From the NCBI RefSeq assembly GCF_035594765.1, contig NC_085843.1:204949971-205013970 (forward strand): a stretch of 64,000 nucleotides of DNA, written 5' to 3'. The translations under genes and the position numbers were made by a program. Position 1 is the stretch's first letter. Every line of letters starts with the position of its first letter. The notes below the pieces were generated by a model, which did no database searches, was not told where the DNA came from, and was given only the letters and a program-made list of their open reading frames with translations. The DNA is from Anolis carolinensis. Lineage: Eukaryota. Positions 52,255 to 63,727 of the stretch are shown piece after piece.

Positions 52255-52948
52255 CAATTAAGGCCATGATCGAAAAATCAGCTGATGACCCAAAATGCAG
52301 ACTTTGCAAGGAAGCTGACGAAACCATTGATCATATCCTCAGCTGCTGTAAGAAAATTGCACAGACAGACTACAAACAGAGGCACAACTGTGTGGCCCAA
52401 ATGATCCATTGGAACTTATGCCTCAAGTACCACGTGCCAGCACTGGTGGGATCACAAACCAGCAAAGGTCATGGAAAATAAACACGCAAAGATACTGTGG
52501 GACTTCCGAATCCAGACTGACAAAGTTCTGGAACACAACACACCAGACATCACAGTTGTGGAAAAGAACAAGGTTTGGATAATTGATGTTGCCATCCCAG
52601 GTGACAGTCGCATTGACGAAAAACAACAGGAAAAACTCAGCTGCTATCAGGACCTCAAGATTGAACTTCAAAGACTCTGGCAGAAACCAGTGCAGGTGGT
52701 CCCGGTGGCGATGGGCACACTGGGTGCCGTGCCAAAAGATCTCAGCCAGCACTTGGAAACAATAGACATTGACAAAATTACGATCTGCCAACTGCAAAAG
52801 GCCACCCCGCTGGGATCTGCACGCATCATCCGAAAATACATCACACAGTCCTAGACACTTGGGAAGTGTCCGACTTGTGGTTTTGTGAAACGAAATCCAG
52901 CATATCTATCTTGTTTGCTGTGTCATATAACGTCGTTGTGTCAATAAT
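52251..52948 (+). mobile_element. R4/Dong-clade retrotransposon, 5'-truncated
   Basis: ORFs 52266-52481 and 52471-52854 give the CCHC finger and restriction-like endonuclease across one frameshift; highly similar to 44778-45511. Confidence 0.88.
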
Positions 52949-53062
52949 TCTAGCCCCTTTTAAAAATGGTAGCTGGATTACATAAAAACCATTATACATC
53001 AATTATGATCTTTGTGGCATTGTTAAGACGCTTTGAGTTCTTTTGGGGAGATAAAGTGGGGG

Positions 53063-53106
<44 letters not shown>
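53063..53106. repeat. (TAA)n microsatellite following an L2-type tail (53022-53062)
   Basis: Direct reading. Confidence 0.95.
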
Positions 53107-53112
53107 TGTTAT

Positions 53113-54102
53113 TAGAAGAGAAACATGCACTGGCAGATTATGTGAAAGACAGTCAAGAATCAACACTGAAGGAAGTCAATAGTAGAAAACTGCTCGAAGT
53201 GCAAAAGACAAAGAGTGAATATCATAAAAATACAATGCAGAGCAGAATAGAAAACTGGCAAAAGAAGGCTCTCTATGGATAGTTCCTGGGGAAAAACTGA
53301 GAGCAAAATGGAAAAGGAACAAAACATGGATGTGGCTCACAAATGGAACTTTGAAAAAGGCGACCAGGGGCCTGATTCTTGCAGCCCAAGACCAAGAAAT
53401 TAGAACAAATGCCATCAAAGTCAGAATGGAAAAGTTGGTTACAGACTCCAAGTGTAGTCTCTGTAAGGAAGCAGACAAAATGATGGATCACATCCCCAGC
53501 TGCTGCAAGAAGATCGCACAGACGGATTACAAGCAGAGGCATAATACTGTTGTTCAGATTATTCATTGGAACTTGTGCCACAAATGCTATCTGCCTGTGA
53601 CAAAAACTGGTGGGATTACAAGCCTGAAAAAGTTACAGAAAATGAAAACATAAAAATACTCTGGGACTTCCAAATTCAGACTGACAGAGTTTTGGGGCAC
53701 AATATTCCTGACCACACGATCGTGGAAAACAACAAAATATGGATCGTCAAGGTTGCAATCTCAGGTGACAGCAAAATTGACAAAAAGCTTACACGATATG
53801 AGGATTTAAGGATCGAACTGCAAAGACTCTGGCACAAGCCAGTAAAAGTGGTCATAGTGGGGATGGGCACACTGCAGTGCCTAAAGACCTTGGCCAGCAC
53901 TTGAAAACAATTGGCACTGACAAAATGACTTTGTCAGCTGCAAAAGGCCACCCTATTTGGATATGCACACATTATTCCCCGATACATCACATAGTCCTAG
54001 ACACTTGGCAAGTGCTTGACATGTGATCCAATACAAAAGCCAGCATAGTGATCTTGTTTGCTGTATATTAATCTTGTTGTGTATCAAATAAAAATAAAAA
54101 TA
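53113..54102 (+). mobile_element. More diverged R4/Dong-clade fragment
   Basis: WLTNGTLKK..GLILAAQDQ.IRTN..CSLCKEAD..RHN..WDFQIQTD; several frameshifts. Confidence 0.85.
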
Positions 54103-55021
54103 AGCTGGTAATCTAAAAATCTTTGTGCAATCTTTACTCTTGTCATTTTCCATTAGTAAGTTAATTTCCAACCTTGTACGATATAATTTTGTTGATACAG
54201 CTGTAATAGTGTTTGAATCAGTCATTGATCACTGTCATAAAAAGAGGAACAATGCTGTTTAGTCTCCAGTTGGGCCATAGAAAGTGTAAGCTGCGTTTTT
54301 CATTTTGCCATGAAGCATCCTGTCCCAGTGTTTACTTTTCAACCTCAAAGGCAGAAATAGCCATTAAGTAGTTAAAATGTGTTTATCAGTTATGTTAGAA
54401 ATTCTTGAATGAAAAAAGGCAAGATAGTTAATTATTTTATATTAAATTGATTTACTAAATATAAAATTTCAGCATCAGCTGAATTTCAGAATTAAGTTAT
54501 TACTAAATTAAATGAGAAACAGTACTAAAGAGTCAAGAAATTTTATTGGGAAGCAAAGGTCGCCAGACTCAAACCACTTACTCAAGAATCGAATGAGTTT
54601 GTTAATACATTTTAAGGTTAGCAGTCTCAAAAACTTATTTTCTTCTGGCATTTGTGTCTATCTGATTTTGGTTTGTTTGCTTGTAGAAGATGCAAAGAAA
54701 TTCCATGCATATGCAAAATTCCATGCATATTTTCGAGATGATGGGCTATTTAATGTTAAGTTTGTCAAAAGTCCTATAATTTAGTGCAAAACTGTGCATT
54801 AAATTATAGTGAGTGCAAAACTGACCAAAACAGACTAAGACTTCAAAAATATTTCATTTTATATGTATATCTATATATGTAATAGAACATTCTAATTGCA
54901 CATAACTATAGTAAACCCAGATCTGCATATTTCAATGCTTTTGGCAACGAGAAAAAACTGCATAATTTGAAATGTTTTCCTTAAAAAAATATTCTTCTTG
55001 TATTCTTTTTGTTGCCCTTAG

Positions 55022-55093
55022 GAATTTATCAGGAAACATTTTTTCAAATCTCATGAATGGACTTTTCTCTGAACTGTTAGCTCTCAAAGCCTT
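55022..55093 (+). CDS. ADGRA1: Coding exon (72 nt), LRR unit NLSGNIFSNLMNGLFSELLALKA(L)
   Basis: Acceptor cccttag|G and donor TT|gtaagt; NLSGNIFS matches the ADGRA LRR; in frame with both neighbours; contains an N-glycosylation sequon (NLS). Confidence 0.87.
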
Positions 55094-55212
55094 GTAAGTA
55101 TGTCTTGACAATATAAAGCATGCCTTGACATTGTATGGTGTGTATATCTATCCATCTATCCATCCATTTTCTATTTTATTTATTTATATCCCACATTTCT
55201 CTCAATAATTTG

Positions 55213-55452
55213 ATTGCATCCCTTATCTGGAATTCTGAAATGCAAAATACTCCAAATTCCTAAATGGTCCAACTGAGTGGCTGAAAGTGACCCATTGGCT
55301 TTCTAATGGTTCAATGAACACAAATTTTGTTTCATGCACAAAATTATTTAGAATATTGTGTATTCACCAAGATATCACATAAAATACAGATATTCCAAAA
55401 TTTGAAAAAAAATGAAACTTGGTCTTAAGCATTTCATATAAGGGATGTTGTA
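55213..55452. mobile_element. Old Tigger-like MITE
   Basis: Termini catcccttat / ataagggatg. Confidence 0.6.
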
Positions 55453-56171
55453 TATTAATAGTCTTTACCTAGATTTTCAATTGTATATGTTTCATTACAT
55501 GCATTATTTCAGTGTATTTTGTAAAGTACATTCTAATTCTTTTATTGTGGTCAGAACAAGTTCTAGGTCTTTATTATACATTTGTGATAGCTCTAGGGCA
55601 TTAGAGATGCAATAATAGCTCTGTGTGGTATTTTTAAATACACTCGTGAAGTTGTCCTTAAAAATACTAAAGCTTTATGGTTAATTTCTCTTACATTTTA
55701 TGTAAGGGATGAGTAGAAATAGAGAACAAATAAATTAATTCCTTACAGCATTTACATAAAACCTCTTAGATGTTCATTATAGCAATACTTAGATTGAATG
55801 TACATATTTGATTTAAAACATTTAAATATTCATCCTTGTTAGCAAATAAGAAAGATTTTATTAAACAATAAAAAAGACTGATGAAAAATTAACTAGAGTG
55901 TAGAGGGCAAATAATGTTTCTATAATTACATGCATGCTGAAGTTAAATATTGTGGCTGTTAGACTCTTATTGACTGCACTGAATTAGAAGTGGGATTAAT
56001 CATAATACATTGGGATTATGGAACTGTAAAACTCAATAAGTCTGTCAAGGTTAAAAAGGCTTGGAGGGCCATGTTCCCTAGCCAGAAAATGCTCAGTGGC
56101 ATGACAATTTACACTCTTTCATGTAAAATACAAATTCATAATTCCACTGGCTGCCAGTCTGCTTCCGGGCT

Positions 56172-56460
56172 ATTTATTTATTTTATTACATTATTTCTAC
56201 CCCACCCTTCTCACCCCTCAGGGGACTCAGGGCGGCTTACAACATGAACATATATATCAAAACAATTTATATCATGTTTAAAAATCCATTTAAATTAAAA
56301 TTACATTAAAATTGAGAGCTTATATTTTTTTAAAAACCTACATAGTTATAAATATACATTCAGGCGCGTTTCAAGTCCAAGTGGGGCAATCAGTGAGTCG
56401 TATAATTATCGTATCTCATTTCTACTGCTACTCTTGTTCAAAGGCCTGGTCCCATAGCCA
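56172..56460 (-). mobile_element. L2-type LINE 3' end
   Basis: Reverse complement reads ...tgtaagccgccctgagtcccc...aataaataaata. Confidence 0.7.
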
Positions 56461-57176
56461 CGGCTAAATATAAAGCACTGGCCATTACCTTTAAAACCCT
56501 AAACGGCTCAGGTCCAGGCTACTTGACCAAACACATCTCCTCTTACAAAACAGCTCGGGCACTGCGGTGAGCAGAGGAGGCCCTGCTTTCGGTCCCACCC
56601 CCATCTCAAGTACGAGTGGGAACGAGAGAGAGGGCCTTCTCCGTGGCCGCCCCACACCTCTGGAACTCTCTCCCTAAAGAAATAGGGCTGGACACCACCA
56701 TCCTCTCCTTCAAAAAACAATTGAAGACCTACTTATGCTCACTAGCAATTGGAGAGGAGGAGGATCATGAGAGAGGATCATGAGAGATCACTACCAGGCC
56801 CCTGGCTGAGAACTATATCATATTGGACCTTCCTTGCATACTTAAATGACCATCATTTAAGTACACAACCAACCCACACTGTTTTGTGAACTTTAGTTGG
56901 CTGTTGTAAATTAACGTGGATGTTTGTTTAGATTTTAAGTTATTATATGATTTTGTTTGACTATGTGTAGTTTAATTTATTGATGTTAGGTCTAATTTAC
57001 TGATGTTAGGCTTTAATTTGATGTTAGGTCTTAATGTTATTTTCACATGGGTGGTTTCTCTGGGATTTTATGTCAGTATTTGTTATGGAGGCATTAGATG
57101 TTTGCCGTTGTATGTTGGAATCTTCCCTGAATTCCCTTGGGGAGATAGGACAGAATACAAATAAAGTTTTTATTAT
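56461..57176 (+). mobile_element. L2-type LINE 3' fragment
   Basis: KYKALAITFKTLNGSGPGYL...RERAFSVAA..LWNSLP..FKKQLKTYL motifs, then 3' UTR and aataaa tail. Confidence 0.8.

Positions 57177-57180
<4 letters not shown>

Positions 57181-57240
<60 letters not shown>
57181..57240. repeat. (CA)n(TA)n compound microsatellite
   Basis: Direct reading. Confidence 0.97.
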
Positions 57241-57241
<1 letters not shown>

Positions 57242-59362
57242 TCCTAGACCAGGTCAAGAACAAAGATCAGATTTTGCTGAGGTATTTCAAAAACAGACAC
57301 CCCCCCCTCCACATCTTTCTGCTAAGATCTTTGAATGCTGTTTCTCATTGCAATAGCTGTAACAACCTCATCAGATGAGGCTTACCTGCCAGTCTAGTGA
57401 TAGATAGGCACACTGCCCATCCCACAACGTTGTTGGACTTCTGGAGGTGGCCCTGCCCACAATTGAAGTGGAACCGTCATATGACGCTTCCTTCCCAACA
57501 CAGGAGTCTGCCCATGTTGTGCTGGTTCACTCAGGTGACGCAAACCACGTGTGATGGGGGAAGTGTCACTATGAGGGAGTGGTGCACCGAGCAACAGATT
57601 CACCCTGATGCCCCTCTGTTTCTTCAGTGAAGCCAGACGAAGTGGAGATAATGTTATCCTTTGCATGCTATTGGACTTCAACTCCCATCTTTCTGAAACA
57701 TTGCCTATGTTGGTTAGAGTTCCTAGGAGTTATCGTCCAACATCTAGAGGACCACATGATTTCCATCCTCACTTTAAGGTCTCCCTGGCCTGCATGCAAC
57801 TTCTTCTTGAGTTTCTCAATGGAATCCATATATTTAAACATGTGATGTCTGAATATGTGTGAAAATACACAAATATATACTTAACACACATTATATATGT
57901 ACACATAAAAGACATGCCTATAAATCTTAAGTGTGCATACATGCAGGTCTAAAAATATACTGCATATAGCAGAGCAGGCTGAACGATGATGGCTAGTTTG
58001 GTAGTATGCCAAGTTTTTCAAACATTCAGAAGTGTAGTGAATCCCATTTAAAATAATCAAAGTAATGGATTTTGGCCCCAAGCGTGTTGAGCAAGCCTGT
58101 TCAGTTATAGGAGCTGCTTTGCCTCTATGCTTTTTGGTGGAGTGAAGAAGTGGAATGAGAGTTGCTATCATGAGACATCAGATATCACATAGATTGGGAA
58201 GGATCTCTATAAGGCCATTTGTGCTCATTGCTTTCTGCACATTCCAGCTCTCTCCCTCTTCTCTAAAATAGTATGAGATTATCCATTTGGGAATTTTGGA
58301 AAGGGTCTTATGTTGTCTTTTAGAACCTCTTTCTTCCTTTGCTTTATACTGTCTCAGGAGTAAAGAGGTTTCGGATTTGGTTTGATTAAAATTTATTCTC
58401 CTATTGTTGCAACAGCCAGGAAGTGTCTAAGGACTTCATTTTTGCCCTGTTTTGCCGCTTTTATGCATGGCTTGGATGGGTCCTGCCATGTGCCATCACA
58501 TGATACATGGTAGACCCCACCCACTTTCCTCCCAAAGTGGGGTGGAAGCACCAAAAGGCACTTCCTCCACCACTACAGGGAGGAAAGTGTTGTTTGGGTA
58601 GCTCCAATGGAGCTACCTCCACTATCCTCCCCTTTTTGCCATGTGATGGCAGAAAGGACAGCAGGACAACGTCCCATCCCCATGGTGTGATGAGGGGGTG
58701 AGAGAGGGCATGTGGAGCACCATGAGCCACTTGGCACGCCTTTCCTTTAGCAGTGCAACATCATGGTCTGAAAGGGCTATGTGAAGAGGTGGTAAGACTG
58801 GCATACCTTGAAGCACCTTTTTGGGTGTCTTCACCACTTCCTTCGGATTGATTGTTTTGGATGCTGAAGAAGATGGCATGCTTTCTGAGTTATTCCTTGG
58901 AATCAGACTGGCGTCATCCTTTTTGCTTTTAAGAGCATTGTGGTAGTAATGCCTATCTTCCATTTTTTAGCTGCCTTCACTCTATTTTGGATTAAATTCT
59001 CCATGTTAATGAGACAGTTGAACTGATAGGCTATTGTCCTTTTTGTCCCTTCATGCACAAAATAAATATCCAAAGTGAGTCCCATGCAACTTTGGCAATA
59101 GTATATGGGCATTATGTTTATCGCCATGAAATACAGATGAGGCTCAATTTTGGAAGTCAAGGATCATATACATTTAGAACATTTCATTTACTTTGCTTTC
59201 TAGGTAATTGTTAGTGTTGGCGGCTTTTCAGAATAGATGAAAAATAATCTAGGAATAGGTAATTGAGATTTGCAGAATGTGCCTATGAGTTACATATGAC
59301 AAGTATGACATAAAAACAATTTCAATAGGTAAACTATTTATGAATATGGGGTTTGCTTTCAG

Positions 59363-59526
59363 ACATTTCTCTACTGATTCTCTCATCTGTGACTGTAATC
59401 TCAAATGGCTGTTACATTGGGCTAGAAATGCCTCAGTGCGGATATCAGAAGAAACAGTTTGTGCATTCCCAAGGGGTTTACAGGGAACACCAGTGCGGAA
59501 CCTGAAAGAAAACCAGCTGATATGTG
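59363..59526 (+). CDS. ADGRA1: Coding exon (164 nt), end of last LRR plus LRRCT cap HFSTDSLICDCNLKWLLHWARNASVRISEETVCAFPRGLQGTPVRNLKENQLIC
   Basis: Acceptor tttcag|A and donor G|gtgagt; LRRCT motif CDCxLxW...C..P..L.......C; contained in track ORF 59340-59567. Confidence 0.88.
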
Positions 59527-60855
59527 GTGAGTTGGACCATGGTTTTCAGTCTTCTATAGTGAAGTAAAAATGTAGTCTGAAAAAGTGAATGCTGAAGTAT
59601 ACCATATATAATCATGTATAAATTGATGACAGGTTTTGGAACCAAAATTATGTGACCTGTGGGTAAGGGTATGACTTAGGGGAATGCAACAATCAAACTT
59701 TTAGACATTCCCAGAAGGAGGCCAATTGGCTCTTCTTTTACAGGAAGCTCTGCCTGGATGGACTGCTTTCAGAACAGTATTACCATAAGATCAAGATTTT
59801 TACACCAATTTTGTGAAATGACTTTTTTGCTTATACACAAGTATATATGGCAAATAACAAGTGGTGGGTTCAAACAAACTGAAGAAAAGACATAAGCAAA
59901 TAAACATACAACAAATGGTGTTATGTTTTAATGGAAGGACACTTTTAAAAAAACTAAATGCTGTTAGATCATTGCAGAACTCTTTCATCTATACAAAATG
60001 TGCATTGTAAAACTATCACTGCTGTCATCTGACTCTGAAGTAATCATTCTCATGCATTTGAATGTAACATAACAGTGGTATTTCTCATTGCATTATATGT
60101 TCAAATAAAATATTCAATTTTTATTGGATTACACGTTTGACAGCATGGAATAAATGTCAAATTGCATTTTTCTGCCAGTCACCTTTTCAAACTTTGTAGG
60201 ATAAGCTTTAGTTGTGTGTATTGGCAAGGGGAGGAATAAATTTTAATAATCAGAAGCTTTCACTGAGGCAGACAATTTTTTTATATAAAAATGGGAGTAA
60301 TGGAAATAGATTGGATGGAAAGCAGATAAAGTAATAGAAGCGGACAGAAATTGAAATGTATCTCAAGTCTAGACTGTTATATTTGGGTAAGGTGTAAACT
60401 GGAGTACTTGTGCCGTTCCCTAGAGAACTCATCATGCAAATAAAGCTGACCTTGGAAAAGCTCAGAAATGATGCTCTACATTTGTAATAATAGAGAAAAA
60501 TCTTTTTCACCAACGAAGTCAGAATGGATATGTAAGTTATGGAATATGACTTACGTGGTACAATTGCCAAATTTAATTGTCAGAAAAAGAAGACGACACA
60601 GCATATTTCTTTATTTATATATTGTAGACGTGACAAGGTGCAAGATTATATATGTATGTATGTATAATGGAAGCCAGTTGGAAATACTGGTTGGTGTAAA
60701 CCATTCTTTAAAAATTCATGGTAACTAGTATGGTTAAAAAGAAATTGAAAGGGTGTGTCATCTAAAACTAAAGAAATTACACAATTAATTCAATACCTAT
60801 AGAAATAGGCTTTGATTAATATAGTCTATAGCTGTAGAGTGGCCTCTGAGAACAA

Positions 60856-61035
60856 GGACCTTTCCACATAGCCATATAACCCAGAATATCAAAGGCAGAT
60901 AATCCACAATATCGGCTTTGAACTGAGTTATTTGAGTCCACACTGCCATATAATCCATATGGACTCAGATAACCCAGTTCAAAGCTGATATTGTGGATTA
61001 TCTGTGGATTTTATACAACTATGTGGAAAAGGGCC
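60856..61035. mobile_element. PIF/Harbinger-like MITE with internal inverted duplication
   Basis: Family termini as at 12967; extra internal hairpin. Confidence 0.75.
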
Positions 61036-61751
61036 AAGTCCTTTTCTCATCACAAGCTTCTGCTCACCTAGGTAGAGAAAGAGGCAACTTTTCAACTATC
61101 CACGGCCCAGAGTGATAATCAAAATCATTACCTTGTTTTCCAGATTAGTGCCTACAAGTGACAGCGCGTGAAATGAGTCAAAAAGTTGTAACCAACTACT
61201 GTATTTTTAAATTGTAACAAACCATCACATTTCCCATGCAAAAAGTGGAAAATAAAGAAAAATATAAAGATAAGAGAAAATTTATTCAAAAGAAGTAATA
61301 ACACAGATATAGAAGGCAAAAGCAGACTTCTAAATATAGGATTTGGCCACCTCTGCATTAAAAACTTTTATTGAAATAATCTTTTTAAATTTCTAAAGAT
61401 AAAGGTGGATAGATAGTCAGATCTCCATGCTGGAGTAGTTGTTTCATTTCTGTAGCATTATCCTAATGGCTTTTTAATGCTTTAAAATTAAAAGCTTGAA
61501 TTATTACTCCCTGATATATTTTATTCATGTCTTAAAGGTAAAGTTTGTACCAAGTATAAAAGTGAATAAGGTATTATTCCTATATGTTATTTAGGCACCT
61601 TCTACACTGCCATATAGTAGTAGTAGTTTATTTAATGCTTAGACCATAGGTCTTTCACATACAGGACAAACAAATATATACATAAAAACTAGATTATTGA
61701 ATACAATACAAAATACACCATTAAAATACTATATAAACCATTGACCATTAA

Positions 61752-61993
61752 GGCCCCTTCTACACTGCTATATAAAATTCAGATTATCTGCTTTGAACTA
61801 GATTATATAATTATACACTGCCATATATTCCAGTTAAAAGCAGATAATTTGGATTTTATATGGCAGTGTGGAAGGGGCCTTAGGCTGTATAAAATCCACA
61901 TTGAACTGGGTTATATGGCAGAGTGGATTTCAAAGCAGATATTGTGGATTACCTGCTTTGATATTCTGGGTTATATAGCTGTGTGTAAGGGCC
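61752..61993. mobile_element. Two abutting Harbinger-like MITEs (61752-61879 and 61883-61993)
   Basis: TIRs ggccccttctacactgc / gcagtgtggaaggggcc with TAA/TTA flanks; the second is a reverse partial copy ending aagggccc. Confidence 0.75.
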
Positions 61994-62482
61994 CTTAGGG
62001 TGCTTCCAGACAGTAGGAAAGGCTGTGTCGAACTGGGTTTAAAGAACCCGATTCAGAGTGGCCTTTAGTTCCCACACCTCCTCTTAAACTGACTGCTTTA
62101 TCCCCGGGGGGTAACTTCTGAGAGGACACAGAGACACCCAACTCCCCTTCAAAGGCCTTAAAATAGAAAACAACTTCCCCGACTGCCATTAAGATCCTTC
62201 TGGAGTCCTTCTGGCACATAGAAATGATGCGCTGGGTGGGGGTGGGGGGTTGAGGAAAATCGCTCCTGCCCCCCCCCCCCCTCTCCTGGTGAATCCTTTC
62301 TAGGCACCAGGAGGACTCCGGCAGGACCTTAATACTAAAATTTATGGATGCTGAAGTTCCCACCTTGACAACTAGTGACAAAGGGCTACCCAATTGCCTT
62401 GTACATTAGCTGCCATGGGAAAAGATTCCAGGGTATCTTCCTGGCCTCTGCCAATCTTCAACTAACCATAAGGATCCTGGTA

Positions 62483-62805
62483 CAGTAGAGTCTCACTTAT
62501 CCAACACTCGCTTATCCAACATTCTGGATTATCCAACACATTTTTGTAGTCAATGTTTTCAATATATCGTGATATTTTGGTGCTAAATTCATAAATACAG
62601 TAATTACTACATAGCATTACTGCGTATTGAACTACTTTTTCTGCCAAATTTGTTGTCTAACATGATGTTTTGGTGCTTCATTTGTAAAATCATAACCTAA
62701 TTTGATGTTTAATAGGCTTTTCCTTAATGCCTCCTTATTATCCAACATATTCGCTTATCCAACATTCTGCTGGTCCGTTTATGTTGGATAAGTGAGACTC
62801 TACTG
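62483..62805. mobile_element. Tc1/mariner MITE (same family as 38727)
   Basis: TIRs and TA duplication. Confidence 0.92.
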
Positions 62806-63545
62806 TATTGGAATCTGAGCTCCTTCCTTCCTTCCTTCTCTTCTCTTCTCTTCTCTTCTCTTCTTTTTTTTCCTTTTTCTCGTTCTCACCCCTAACTTTG
62901 CCTCAGTGGCATCTTCACCTTCAGCAGCTTGAAGTGAAGATACAGAAGACAGACTGTACAACAAACATGGAATACATTGTAGATCTCTAGTCTACCAGCA
63001 TAGATAGGAAGAATAGCCAAGACAGGAGCTAGAACAACTAAAGATGGAAGCCACAATTAATTGTTGCAGATAAGAGGAAATGTGCATAATGTGTATAAAA
63101 GAATGATTTCTTTGATTATGAGGCATTAACTGAAATGTCAATTTGGTTATGTATATTTCTGGGCACCAGATGTGGAGACAATGAATGTTGTAAATTATTT
63201 TTTCTTCACATAGCCACTTAATGTTTTCATTGGCTAATGCGACTTTATACTATTTCTTTGTTTTCCCCCACCCCATCCACTTAATAAGGAAACACTTAAT
63301 TTTGTTGAAAGTGTACATATACAATGCCTCTTAAAATAATGCGTAACATTTTCTCCATAAAGTCATTGTGAGGTTTAAATTGTCTGGATACATTTCTTAT
63401 TTTGTTTCACAATGCATTATTATAATTTTGCCAATCTTTTTTCTCTGAAATGTCAAAGGTCTGAGGCTTTTGCCATCCAAAGAGTAATCTAATTCTGAAT
63501 GACTGTCTGATTTCAGATTCAATTTAACCTGCTAAGGGTTTAGAT

Positions 63546-63675
63546 CAGGGGTCCCCAAACTAAGGCCCGGGGGCCGGATGCGGCCCATCGAAGCAATTTA
63601 TCCGGCCCTCACGGCACAAGGGCAGAAGGGGGTTGGGCTAAATGACCCAAGGGGTCTCTTCTTCTCTTACAACCC
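63546..63675 (+). mobile_element. Left end of a hAT-type element carrying a CR1-like tail fragment
   Basis: caggggtccccaaactaaggcccgggggccggatgcggccc terminus followed by ggcagaagggggttgggctaaatgacc. Confidence 0.65.

Positions 63676-63721
<46 letters not shown>
63676..63721. repeat. (TTA)n microsatellite
   Basis: Direct reading. Confidence 0.97.
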
Positions 63722-63722
<1 letters not shown>

Positions 63723-63727
63723 TTATT

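Noticed and set aside
52266-53904. Zinc-finger/nuclease ORFs as a novel nuclease system
   Set aside because: They are truncated, frameshifted R4/Dong retrotransposon copies.
61995-62460. GC-richer block with a 132-aa minus-strand ORF
   Set aside because: No motif recognised; probably an unclassified repeat, and I cannot support a call.
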